DNA of 64,000 nucleotides from Alphaproteobacteria bacterium (GCA_017524525.1 JAFXVM010000014.1:5680-69679); one strand, 5' to 3'; counted from the first letter of the stretch, positions 1 through 8,267 are shown. Made by a program: numbers and translations. The notes: a model not told the origin generated them from the letters alone.

Positions 1-258
1 AAGAATACTTTTTCAAATAAAGTGTTTCCAGAAAATGCACCAGAATGTACAACAGTCAAACCAGAATTATCTGTCATGGACATTCTGCAAATGGGTATGA
101 AATCAGCATCAAAAACCGAACTGCGAAGATTGGTTTTACAAAATGCCGTCACAATAAATGATGAAAAAGCCACTGATGTGAATCAAGTATTAAAAACTAA
201 CGAACCATTATTTGTTCGTGTAGGTCGTAAAACGTTCTTCAAAGTTTTTAAAAAATAG
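1..258 (+). CDS. tyrS: 3' end of a gene ending in an S4 RNA-binding domain, most likely tyrosyl-tRNA synthetase (partial, continues upstream of the window)
   Basis: Frame 1 is open from nt 1. The C-terminal sequence ...KSASKTELRRLVLQNAVTINDEKATD...VRVGRKTFFKV fits the S4 domain that ends bacterial TyrRS. Confidence 0.5.
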   Translation, partial: KNTFSNKVFPENAPECTTVKPELSVMDILQMGMKSASKTELRRLVLQNAVTINDEKATDVNQVLKTNEPLFVRVGRKTFFKVFKK

Positions 259-267
259 GAGGCAAAA

Positions 268-1281
268 ATGGCTATATTGGAACGATTAAAAGAAATGCAA
301 GATAATAGTGGTAAAAACCGTTTGGTTATGATTCTGGACGGTATGGGGGTAGCAGTAATAAACAAATTGTTAGATAAAAATGGATTTTTTAGTCAACATT
401 TGGTAGACAAAGAAACTGCTATTATCCCGGCAACTACCGTTGCTGCTACAAATGCATACGTAACTGGTAAAATGCCATGGGAAACAGGTTTTATCGGTTG
501 GGCACAATATTTTTCAGAAACAGATGAAGTGGTAGAAGTTTTTACAAATAAAAATTTCTACACAGGTGAATTATCAAAATTATCGAAACAACCAAGAATT
601 TTACCATGTAAAACAGTTGTTGAAAAAATGAACGATACAGGAAGAACAGCATTCGAAATTATGCCAGGTTTTATACCTGGTGGTTGTGATACTTTTGATG
701 AATGGCTTGATAAAATTATAGAAACTTGCAATCGAGAAACAGATGCATACGTATATGCTTACTGGACGGAACCTGATTCAACTTTGCACGAGTTTGGCTC
801 AAAAGACCCAGCTGTTAAAGTATTGTTGCAAGATATGGAACAAAAGATAGAAAAAGCATTTCAAAAGATACATAACAAAACAGATGTTTTGATAACTGCA
901 GACCATGGTCATATAGATACCGATAATTTATTTTTGGAAGATTATCCGGACGTAGCAAGATGTTTGTCTATCCCAATATCCTTGGAAGCACGTTGTGTAT
1001 CATTTTTTGTAAAACCAGAATACATAAACAAATTTCCAGAAATATTTAATAAACATTTTGGCAAAGATTTCAAATTGGTTACCAAGACAGAATTTGAAAA
1101 AGAATATTTACATGCTGAAAAACCTGTTCGGTTTGTGGGTGATTTTATAGCATTGGCAACGGGTAAATATAACTTGTGGGAAAACCGAAGATGTGAAATC
1201 GTAAAAAGTCATCATGCAGGTATTACACCAGAAGAATTAGAAATCCCAATAATCCAACATGTGATAAATAAAGGTCGCTAA
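268..1281 (+). CDS. alkaline-phosphatase superfamily protein (nucleotide pyrophosphatase/PglZ-like metalloenzyme)
   Basis: SD AGGAGG lies 8 nt upstream. N-terminal metal-binding LVMILDGMG, nucleophile region PATTVAATNAYVTGKMP and C-terminal ITADHGH motif. Confidence 0.6.
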   Translation: MAILERLKEMQDNSGKNRLVMILDGMGVAVINKLLDKNGFFSQHLVDKETAIIPATTVAATNAYVTGKMPWETGFIGWAQYFSETDEVVEVFTNKNFYTGELSKLSKQPRILPCKTVVEKMNDTGRTAFEIMPGFIPGGCDTFDEWLDKIIETCNRETDAYVYAYWTEPDSTLHEFGSKDPAVKVLLQDMEQKIEKAFQKIHNKTDVLITADHGHIDTDNLFLEDYPDVARCLSIPISLEARCVSFFVKPEYINKFPEIFNKHFGKDFKLVTKTEFEKEYLHAEKPVRFVGDFIALATGKYNLWENRRCEIVKSHHAGITPEELEIPIIQHVINKGR

Positions 1282-1477
1282 TCCTTATATGAAGTATATC
1301 GTCCGAACGGGCGGTGTTTTTATTACTGGCTTGGGTAGTCGGATTCAACAGGGCATTTTGGAGTTCAAAGAACAAGGAAACATGTGTCCGTGGTCCAATT
1401 ATTTATTTTTACTGGCGATGTCGTATTGTTGTGGTTATAATTTTAGCAAAGAAAAAAATAACAGCATAGGTGTATAA

Positions 1478-2017
1478 ATGTTTGACGTGCAAATTGATAC
1501 TACCAAATTAAAAAATATGGAAACCAAGCTAAATTGCAAATTTGGTAACGATGGCACCTTTGTAGAAATGGCACTTGATTTAAATGAATACCAAGAAAAG
1601 TTGCCACCTATTAGCGATGTTTCCTTTGGTATTTATTCAGGAGATTTAGAAAAGATTAAACAACTTGTTGAAAAAGTTGACCCAAAGTGGTGTAAATATT
1701 TTACTGAAAAAACAACAATATTTTGCGGTTTTATAAATAAAGAGCCTGTGTCGTTTTGTATAATAACCACCACGGCTGATTCTATCTTGTCTGATGATAA
1801 TATAAAGATTGGTGGGGTTGCCTGTGTTGGAACAGTGCCAGAGTATAGGAAACGTGGCATCGGGCTTAAAATGGTAGACATGGCAACAATATATTTAAAA
1901 AGTCTAAGATGTGACATCGCATATATTCATTACACGCATCTAGAAAAATGGTATAAAAAGTTGGGGTATGAAACAGTTGCGCGTTTTTCTTTTGTACAAA
2001 ACCCGCAAAAAACCTAA
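1478..2017 (+). CDS. GNAT family N-acetyltransferase
   Basis: Acetyl-CoA binding motif VPEYRKRGIGLKMV (R-x-x-G-x-G). Size is typical of the family. Confidence 0.7.
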   Translation: MFDVQIDTTKLKNMETKLNCKFGNDGTFVEMALDLNEYQEKLPPISDVSFGIYSGDLEKIKQLVEKVDPKWCKYFTEKTTIFCGFINKEPVSFCIITTTADSILSDDNIKIGGVACVGTVPEYRKRGIGLKMVDMATIYLKSLRCDIAYIHYTHLEKWYKKLGYETVARFSFVQNPQKT

Positions 2018-2109
2018 TGTAATGCCAAGGAGAAATAACCATACCAGAAATAATAGATTTATATGATAATGCCAGACAGTTTGTTTGTTCTGTTGAACGT
2101 GGGGCTGAT

Positions 2110-2562
2110 ATGCCAGATAATTTAAACAAAATATCTGTGCATGTATGGTTTATAAACGATAACAACGAATTCTTATTACAACAACGTGTTGCGACCGCTA
2201 AAAAGTTTCCAAATATGTGGGGACAAACTGGGGGCGGCGCACAATCTGGCGAATCCAGTTGGGATGCTTGTGTTCGTGAATCTGTTGAAGAATTGGGTTT
2301 AAAACCAGATGTTAAAAAATCTGTATGGATTGGAACCATTAAACGTCCAAAAGATTTTGTAGACGTTTGGTTGGTGTACACAGATGCAAACATCAATGAT
2401 TTAAAATTACAACCAGAAGAAGTTCAAAACGCAAAATGGGCGTCTTTGTCAGATATAGAGCAAATGCAAAAAGACGGAACTTTTATTCCTTCTATATTAC
2501 CGGGCTTTCAAATGGTAAATTCGTATTTAAAAATGTTAAAATCATTTTGTAAAAAATCGTAA
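2110..2562 (+). CDS. NUDIX hydrolase
   Basis: Complete Nudix box GGAQSGESSWDACVRESVEELGL (G-x5-E-x7-R-E-x2-E-E-x-G). Confidence 0.8.
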   Translation: MPDNLNKISVHVWFINDNNEFLLQQRVATAKKFPNMWGQTGGGAQSGESSWDACVRESVEELGLKPDVKKSVWIGTIKRPKDFVDVWLVYTDANINDLKLQPEEVQNAKWASLSDIEQMQKDGTFIPSILPGFQMVNSYLKMLKSFCKKS

Positions 2563-2689
2563 TGTCATAGTTTTTTTCTTAATATCTAGGTTTGTGTTCT
2601 CATTATAGTAGAATCTATTGACTTTATTCTTGTATAATGATAATATGCCTAGATGAATCGGGAACAAAATGAAAAAAGGAGAAAGAACG

Positions 2690-2941
2690 ATGAACCATTA
2701 TCAAATCTGGCACGCTATTGATTTATTTGCACACGAACACGGACTGTCTTGTTCAGGTCTTGCAAAATGCAGCGGGCTTGATCCAACGACTTTCAACAAA
2801 AGCAAAAGATTTTCTAAATACGAACAACCTCGTTGGCCATCAACAGAAACAATTTCAAAAATATTAACAGCGACAGATTCTTCACCCCAAGATTTCTTTA
2901 AATTTATAACTGCCACCTGTGATAACGAAAAAGATAAGTAA
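2690..2941 (+). CDS. small HTH protein resembling the N-terminal DNA-binding domain of alphaproteobacterial S24/LexA-like phage repressors (no peptidase domain)
   Basis: IWHAIDLFAHEHGLSCSGLAKCSGLDPTTFNKSKR...RWPSTETISKIL matches the HTH part of the repressor family. GGAG lies 9 nt before the ATG at 2690. A hairpin terminator follows at 2983-3004. Confidence 0.55.
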   Translation: MNHYQIWHAIDLFAHEHGLSCSGLAKCSGLDPTTFNKSKRFSKYEQPRWPSTETISKILTATDSSPQDFFKFITATCDNEKDK

Positions 2942-3016
2942 GACAGATTAGATGCGATTTGTGTTTTGTTGTTAAAATTTACATCGAAAAGTGACCTTTT
3001 CGACATTTTCCATTGG

Positions 3017-3032
3017 TGGCGGATGGTGAGGG
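3017..3032. repeat. 16-nt direct repeat identical to the 3' end of tRNA-Ser (tggcggatggtgaggg, same as 4417-4432); att-like
   Basis: Exact match read in the sequence. It lies 1.4 kb downstream of the tRNA gene in tRNA orientation. Confidence 0.85.
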
Positions 3033-3126
3033 TGCCTTGATACACAATAACAAAAATCTATAAAAACTCGTGGGAAAAAAACTCCGTTTTTATGCTTTTT
3101 GTAAATGTGTATCTTCGTATTGGTCA

Positions 3127-3286
3127 TGCGCTACGCTCTGACCGCCCTTGGCTCATTCGCTGCGCGAACCGGCGTTATTCCGCCTTTCGCCTGCGGGTCG
3201 AACCCCCGTTTCGGGTGTTTTTCATCCCGACACATCTGTGACAAAAAATAAAACACCCGTCTGGGTGTTTGATTTTTTGTGGCGGA
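3127..3286. repeat. copy 1 of a ~160-nt duplicated element (paralogue of 4266-4423), ending in tggcgga (first 7 nt of the tRNA-Ser 3'-end repeat)
   Basis: Long near-identical stretch cctttcgcctgc[g/a]ggtcgaacccccgtttcgggtgtttttcatcccgacacatctgtgacaaaaaataaaacacccgtctgg[g/a]tgtttgattttttgtggcgga, plus a more diverged left part. Confidence 0.85.
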
Positions 3287-3332
3287 GTTCTAATAAATGA
3301 CTGTCTCAGATATTGCATTTACAAGGTATTTA

Positions 3333-3459
3333 CAGGGAAAGTTCACCATTTTTGACACATTTTGACCCAAATACGCAAAATTACATCCCTGTTTTCCACA
3401 GAAAAAACCATAAATTCCCTGCAATAAAAAACAGGGAATTATTTATAAATATCAGGGAA
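3333..3459. promoter_or_regulatory. cluster of five CAGGGAA motifs, iteron- or arm-site-like
   Basis: cagggaa at 3333, 3432 and 3453. Reverse copies at 3386-3391 (6-nt core tccctg) and 3415-3421 (ttccctg). 3413-3440 form a 9-bp perfect inverted repeat, aattccctg-N10-cagggaatt. Confidence 0.45.
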
Positions 3460-3500
3460 ATAAAAGCATAAAAAAGCGACATAATCGTGTCGCTTTATAC

Positions 3501-3528
3501 TTGACAATGTTATATTTTGTGTTATATT
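3501..3528 (+). promoter_or_regulatory. sigma70-type promoter of the islet ORF
   Basis: TTGACA (3501-3506), 16-nt spacer, TATATT (3523-3528) preceded by TGT. The track ORF start at 3501 is the -35 box itself. Confidence 0.5.
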
Positions 3529-3560
3529 TTTGGTATAGAAAAACAAAAAAGGGGCAAAAA

Positions 3561-4193
3561 TTGAAAACAAAAGAACAATTGCGATACACGGACGAATATT
3601 TAGTTTGTGAAGATATAGTGGAAAACATGTCGTTAGATGAATTATTGGAACAAAAACAATCAATAAAAAGTAAGGAAGAATTACAAAAAATGCCATTTGA
3701 TGAAGCTTTGAGGTATTTAAGCCAAAATCATTGGGCATACGATATGGGCAGTATAGCTGGCGCTGAGAACACCACTAGGTGGTATTATGTAGCACAGGTT
3801 GTGGTATATTGGACAGTTAATTTTGGTGATGGCAGGGAGACGTTAATAGTGGGAAGTAACAGAACAGGGCGCCGTATAGCCTTAAGTCCAACAGACAAAA
3901 GGTATAAAGAAGCATCTCTTTTATTTCATGATTTAGAGAATAGGTATTTTGAAAGAGATTTTGGGTTTACAAAGGCACTTCCTTATGAAGCGATAATTAA
4001 GAACAAAAAGAAGATGTTCCCAAAGTCATTGTTACTTGTGTTGTATTTGGCTGATAAGAAAGAAGCGAGAGAAAAGAAAAAAGCAGAAGCCGAAAAGAAA
4101 CTAGAAGAAGAAAACAAGAAAAAAGAAATTGCAAAAAATACTGCTGTGGAACAGGTATATTTCAATAAATATATGACACACATGGTACGTTAA
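3561..4193 (+). CDS. hypothetical protein with a Lys/Glu-rich C-terminal tail (islet cargo)
   Basis: Long ORF. TTG at 3561 is preceded by AAGGGG. Start is uncertain (ATG at 3630 is an alternative). A hairpin terminator follows at 4206-4226. No motif recognised. Confidence 0.5.
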   Translation: MKTKEQLRYTDEYLVCEDIVENMSLDELLEQKQSIKSKEELQKMPFDEALRYLSQNHWAYDMGSIAGAENTTRWYYVAQVVVYWTVNFGDGRETLIVGSNRTGRRIALSPTDKRYKEASLLFHDLENRYFERDFGFTKALPYEAIIKNKKKMFPKSLLLVLYLADKKEAREKKKAEAEKKLEEENKKKEIAKNTAVEQVYFNKYMTHMVR

Positions 4194-4265
4194 TCAATAA
4201 AAAAAACGCCACGATTGTGGCGTTTTAAAATTTTAATCTGGCGGCGGGTTCGGGATTGATTTCGC

Positions 4266-4423
4266 TGCGCTACATTCCCCTTGGCTCATTCGCATTGCTC
4301 ACCGGCATACTGCCGTCTGCCTTTCGCCTGCAGGTCGAACCCCCGTTTCGGGTGTTTTTCATCCCGACACATCTGTGACAAAAAATAAAACACCCGTCTG
4401 GATGTTTGATTTTTTGTGGCGGA
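4266..4423. repeat. copy 2 of the ~160-nt duplicated element, abutting the tRNA-Ser 3' end
   Basis: See 3127-3286. Includes the bidirectional hairpin aacaccc-gtct-ggatgtt flanked by A and T runs (tRNA-Ser terminator). Confidence 0.85.
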
Positions 4424-4506
4424 TGGTGAGGGATTCGAACCCCCGGACGAGTTGCCCCGTCAGCGGTTTTCAAGACCGTCGCATTCGACCGCTCTGCCAA
4501 CCATCC
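4417..4506 (-). tRNA. tRNA-Ser (anticodon UGA), CCA encoded
   Basis: Reverse complement is GGATGGTTGGCAGAGCGGTCGAATGCGACGGTCTTGAAAACCGCTGACGGGGCAACTCGTCCGGGGGTTCGAATCCCTCACCATCCGCCA. Acceptor GGATGGT/ACCATCC, anticodon loop CTTGAAA, long variable arm, GGTTCGAATCC T-arm. Confidence 0.95.
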
Positions 4507-4631
4507 TAAACTTTTGTCTTAAAAACAAACATAGTGTATATTTTGGCCTGACAAAAGTCAAATTATTTTTGTTGAAAAACTCGCTTTGCCGATTACACCG
4601 AAATATACTAAGTGCCGCATAAAAAAGGCTA

Positions 4632-4976
4632 TTATGCCACAACCACGAATTCATTTAATTCCAGTATATCAGTTGTTTTAAAATTTATTTTTTCGGTTTC
4701 GAAAAATTTTTGATGAACAATTTTCCAATATTCAAGCGATAAATCACCTTCGCCTTCTGTTTTTGCCCACTGTTCATCAATATCGCAAAAACGGCATTTG
4801 CGAACATTAATAATTTTAATTTTTATTTCTTCATTTTTAGAATTGTAAATTATATTTATATCGCCAACTTTGGACATATTGTTATCGTCGTGATAAAGAC
4901 AACAAGTCCCACGCTTGCGATTTGTTGCAACTAAATCGAATAGTTTATCATTATCAAAAGACCATTTTTTTATCAT
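4632..4976 (-). CDS. ASCH domain protein
   Basis: About 114 aa with the ...WAKTEGEGDLSLEYWKIVHQKFF... segment typical of ASCH/YqfB-like proteins. Confidence 0.55.
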   Translation of the reverse strand: MIKKWSFDNDKLFDLVATNRKRGTCCLYHDDNNMSKVGDINIIYNSKNEEIKIKIINVRKCRFCDIDEQWAKTEGEGDLSLEYWKIVHQKFFETEKINFKTTDILELNEFVVVA

Positions 4977-5747
4977 TTAAATATTTAATAAAATATCTTT
5001 GATATGCGTTCTGGCATCACGATATTTTTTGCGTGTTTCTTTGTCTTTGTCTATTAAATGTTGTCCAACAGACGAATTATCAGAAATAATCAGCACAGCA
5101 GATGCAGGCTTACCAATTAAATTCATAGCATTAAAAAATGTAGCAGATTCCATTTCTATGATACTTGCACCCATATCTTTAAATTCGTCAAGATGTTGAT
5201 ATTCGCAAAAAATGCTGTCCACAGAAATTGGCACGGCGTTCACAGTTTTAATATTTTGATGTTCACAAATGTGTTTGATTTCTTGGTTTAATGCGGAATT
5301 AGAATGAGCCTTTTTAAACATGTTCTTTGAATCTAATTTGTCGTATAAATATAACGATGCGCCATCGCCAGATATAGAATATTCAGGAATAATGATATCA
5401 CCCAATTTTATTTCTGGAATCAAAGCCCCAGCAGAACCAATAAACACAAATTTATCACAATTTAAATCAGCACACGACATACAAAAATCCAGGATATTTG
5501 GTGCACCAATTTTCAAATTGGCATATAAATATTTTTTGTCATTATGTACAATTTTGTGCGCGGTTATATCAACACTTTCAAATAAAAATTCAGTCTTTGT
5601 TGCAGACAAATCAAAAACTTTTTCTATGTTCCACGATGGCGCAACAAAAACACAGTCGAAATGTTCAGCAGATGGAATACCATATATCAGTTTTAATGCA
5701 TCATCTGTATTGGAATATTGTTTGAATAATTTTATTATGTTGTTCAT
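4977..5747 (-). CDS. nucleoside phosphorylase family protein (PNP/UDP-1 fold)
   Basis: FIGSAGAL, ISGDGAS and EMESATFF motifs. Start is set at the ATG preceded by AAGGA. The track start at 5768 is a TTG. Confidence 0.65.
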   Translation of the reverse strand: MNNIIKLFKQYSNTDDALKLIYGIPSAEHFDCVFVAPSWNIEKVFDLSATKTEFLFESVDITAHKIVHNDKKYLYANLKIGAPNILDFCMSCADLNCDKFVFIGSAGALIPEIKLGDIIIPEYSISGDGASLYLYDKLDSKNMFKKAHSNSALNQEIKHICEHQNIKTVNAVPISVDSIFCEYQHLDEFKDMGASIIEMESATFFNAMNLIGKPASAVLIISDNSSVGQHLIDKDKETRKKYRDARTHIKDILLNI

Positions 5748-5960
5748 GTGATTCATCCTTGCTTTCAAATTATGCTGAATTAAAACTAATATGGTGTTTT
5801 TCGCTTGTTAATTCATTATTCTTTTGGTATTTTATAATGTATGTTTACAGAAGTCAAAGATAAACGTTATGCAGCATATATTTTGCACAATATGTGTTGC
5901 CGATAATTCGGGAAATGTGATGATTTTTTGCAAGAATAACCAACCTAAGGAGAATCAAGT

Positions 5961-7031
5961 ATGAAGCAACTTATCAAACCACAAAAATTGCAACAAAATG
6001 ATTTGGTAGCGACAGTTTCTTTGTCTGGTTGTTCTGCTGGGAATTTCCCTGCACGTTATCAGCACGGCAAAAAGCAATTCGAAGAAACTTTTGGTGTGCG
6101 TATCGTTGAAATGCCAAATTCTTTGAGAACAGATTTGTATGACAATCCGCAGTTGCGTCTTGATGATATGATGATGGCTTTTAAGAATCCTGATATAAAG
6201 GCGATTTTAACAAATATTGGTGGGGATGAAACAATTCGACTTTTGCGATATATGACAGATGAACATTTTGAAATTATTCGCAACAATCCAAAAATATTTT
6301 TGGGAATGTCTGATACGACCGCTAATCATTTTATGTGTATGAAAGCGGGAATATCTTCGTTTTACAGTCCTTGTACTATGTTCGGGTTCGGTGAAAATTG
6401 TGGCATAGTTGATATTACTGCGCAAAGTGTTAGAAAAACTTTGTTCAGCACAGAACCAATCGGTCAATTGCCAGAATCCAAAGAATACATTGTCGAACGT
6501 GTTTATTGGGACGATAAAAACAATACTATGCGCAAACGTATCCCGACAGACGGCAACCATTTTATCCAAGGAAACAAAACAGTGCGCGGCCGTTTGATTG
6601 GTGGTTGTATGGAATTGTTGACTATGATGAATAACACTTCGATTTGGCCATCCAATGATGAATTTGAAGACGCAATTTTATTTGTTGAAACCAGTGAAGA
6701 AATGCCAACGCCAGAAACATTTTGTTATTTCTTGCGCAACCTTGGTGCAATGGGTGTTTTGGAAAGGATAAATGGAATTTTGTTTGGACGTCCAGGTGGT
6801 GAATTTACAGCTGATGACAAAGAAGCCAAAGAACAATGGTTGGCGCAATATCAAAAATTTGATGAAAAATTGTTAAAGGTATGCAAAGAATACGGACGCA
6901 ACGATATGCCAATTGTCACGAATATGGATTTTGGTCATACTGTACCACAAATAATATTACCGTATGGCGCATTAACAGAAATAGACCCAACAAATAAAAC
7001 AGTGTCAATATTAGAAAACGCAGTTATATAA
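5961..7031 (+). CDS. LD-carboxypeptidase (peptidase S66, MccF/LdcA-like)
   Basis: SD AAGGAG. Nucleophile motif GMSDTT, C-terminal FGH..P region, and family-typical length. Confidence 0.7.
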   Translation: MKQLIKPQKLQQNDLVATVSLSGCSAGNFPARYQHGKKQFEETFGVRIVEMPNSLRTDLYDNPQLRLDDMMMAFKNPDIKAILTNIGGDETIRLLRYMTDEHFEIIRNNPKIFLGMSDTTANHFMCMKAGISSFYSPCTMFGFGENCGIVDITAQSVRKTLFSTEPIGQLPESKEYIVERVYWDDKNNTMRKRIPTDGNHFIQGNKTVRGRLIGGCMELLTMMNNTSIWPSNDEFEDAILFVETSEEMPTPETFCYFLRNLGAMGVLERINGILFGRPGGEFTADDKEAKEQWLAQYQKFDEKLLKVCKEYGRNDMPIVTNMDFGHTVPQIILPYGALTEIDPTNKTVSILENAVI

Positions 7032-7068
7032 ATTGATTTTTATATCAATATTATTTATACTGTAATAT

Positions 7069-8019
7069 ATGAGGAAGTTGCTTTGCATAGTTTTATCGTT
7101 AACCAGCATATCTGCATTCGCAGATGATTTAAGCACCGCAATAAACAGCGCAGAACAAATTTGTGAGGCTACCCGCATAGTTTGTTCAGGAATCGCAGAC
7201 GAAATATCCAAAGTTGCAAATATATCCAAAGCAAATACAGCAGTCACAGCAGTTGGCACAGTTGCTGCGGGTGGGGCATTGATTGCTGGTATAAAAAAAT
7301 CTCAGGAAGAACAAGAAATAGAAAAATTAATAGATAAAATTTGTGCGTCTGGGGGTTGCACTGCCGCAGGTGTCAATGCTATGACCAGCAATCAATTCCT
7401 GACAAATGTTTTACAACCCATGGCACAAATAGCTGAATTAGAAAAGAAAATAGAACAATCTAAAAAATTGGGTAATTGGCGCACAGGATTAATGGCTGGT
7501 ACAATTGGAACTAATCTGGCATCTGCGATAATGTCTGGCATAAACATAAACCAATCAGATTTAATTCAGCATATTTCTGCGTGTAATGACATGATAAAAT
7601 CTGTTTCTGTTGTTGAACAAGAATTAAAGCGTGCGGGTGCAAACCCTGCTGAATATCCAGTGGTGAAAAAATTAGATAATATTAAAACTTGGTGCAGTGA
7701 AATCAACACAGCAGATGTTGATAAAATAGAAAAACGAATGAAAGGTGTTTTGGGAACATCTGTTGCTGGGACAGCCATAGGAATTGTTGGTGTTGGAACC
7801 AGTGCGGCTGCAAATTCTAATAAATATATGGATGTGCAAAACAAGATGAATTTAAGTGCGACAGAAAAAGACAAAGAACATGCATTAAATACAACTGCGA
7901 ATATAATGGCGGGGGCAAATGTTGCCACAGGTGCGGTTGAAACAGGATTGAATATTTCGCTTATAAAACTGACTAAAAAAATGATAGAATCTGCCCAACG
8001 CTGTGAAGAAATTTTTTAA
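7069..8019 (+). CDS. secreted hypothetical protein with coiled-coil and glycine-zipper segments
   Basis: Signal peptide MRKLLCIVLSLTSISAFA. Four Gly/Ala-rich hydrophobic segments (e.g. AVGTVAAGGALIAGI, VAGTAIGIVGVGTSAAA). Terminator at 8058-8092. Confidence 0.55.
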   Translation: MRKLLCIVLSLTSISAFADDLSTAINSAEQICEATRIVCSGIADEISKVANISKANTAVTAVGTVAAGGALIAGIKKSQEEQEIEKLIDKICASGGCTAAGVNAMTSNQFLTNVLQPMAQIAELEKKIEQSKKLGNWRTGLMAGTIGTNLASAIMSGININQSDLIQHISACNDMIKSVSVVEQELKRAGANPAEYPVVKKLDNIKTWCSEINTADVDKIEKRMKGVLGTSVAGTAIGIVGVGTSAAANSNKYMDVQNKMNLSATEKDKEHALNTTANIMAGANVATGAVETGLNISLIKLTKKMIESAQRCEEIF

Positions 8020-8057
8020 GAATGAATCGCGGTACCAAAAGGCACTGAAAAATTTAA

Positions 8058-8092
8058 AGCCCGCACTTTCTGGTGTGGGCTAATAATTTTTC
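8058..8092 (+). terminator. intrinsic terminator after 7069-8019
   Basis: agcccgcac-tttctg-gtgtgggct followed by aataattttt. Confidence 0.6.
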
Positions 8093-8168
8093 TGGTGCCG
8101 GTTGAGGGACTCGGACCCCCGACCCTCTGATTACAAATCAGATGCTCTACCAGCTGAGCTAAACCGGC
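8093..8168 (-). tRNA. tRNA-Thr (anticodon UGU), CCA encoded
   Basis: Reverse complement is GCCGGTTTAGCTCAGCTGGTAGAGCATCTGATTTGTAATCAGAGGGTCGGGGGTCCGAGTCCCTCAACCGGCACCA. Anticodon loop TTTGTAA. Confidence 0.95.
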
Positions 8169-8267
8169 AATGTGAGACTATCTTATATGTTTTGTTTCAT
8201 AAAATCAAGCAGTTTTTTTAAGAATTTTAATATGGAAATTAAAAAAATCGTTGCTAAGATATACGTT

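Larger units (their letters stand above)
3017..4432 (-). mobile_element. putative decayed or miniature integrative islet(s) at the 3' end of tRNA-Ser (no integrase)
   Basis: Bounded by the 16-nt tRNA 3'-end direct repeat, with a third 7-nt partial copy at 3280-3286. Contains a duplicated 160-nt element, a CAGGGAA motif cluster, a consensus promoter and one orphan ORF. Confidence 0.4.

Noticed and set aside
268-1281. PglZ protein of a BREX defence system.
   Set aside because: The protein is small (337 aa). No PglX, BrxC, BrxL or other BREX genes are nearby. A generic alkaline-phosphatase-superfamily enzyme is the safer call.
4236-4416. tmRNA (ssrA), possibly the two-piece alphaproteobacterial form. 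The minus strand contains GGGGGTTCGACC...GCGAAAGG, reminiscent of the tmRNA 5' region, and a ...CCCGCCGCCA 3'-like end.
   Set aside because: The whole conserved unit is only about 150-180 nt. No Ala-type acceptor (G3:U70, ACCA end) can be paired. The in-frame peptides (..ANEPRGM*, ..AANEPRAVRA*) lack the usual hydrophobic Ala-Ala terminus. The element is present twice. It is kept only as an unassigned structured-RNA candidate.
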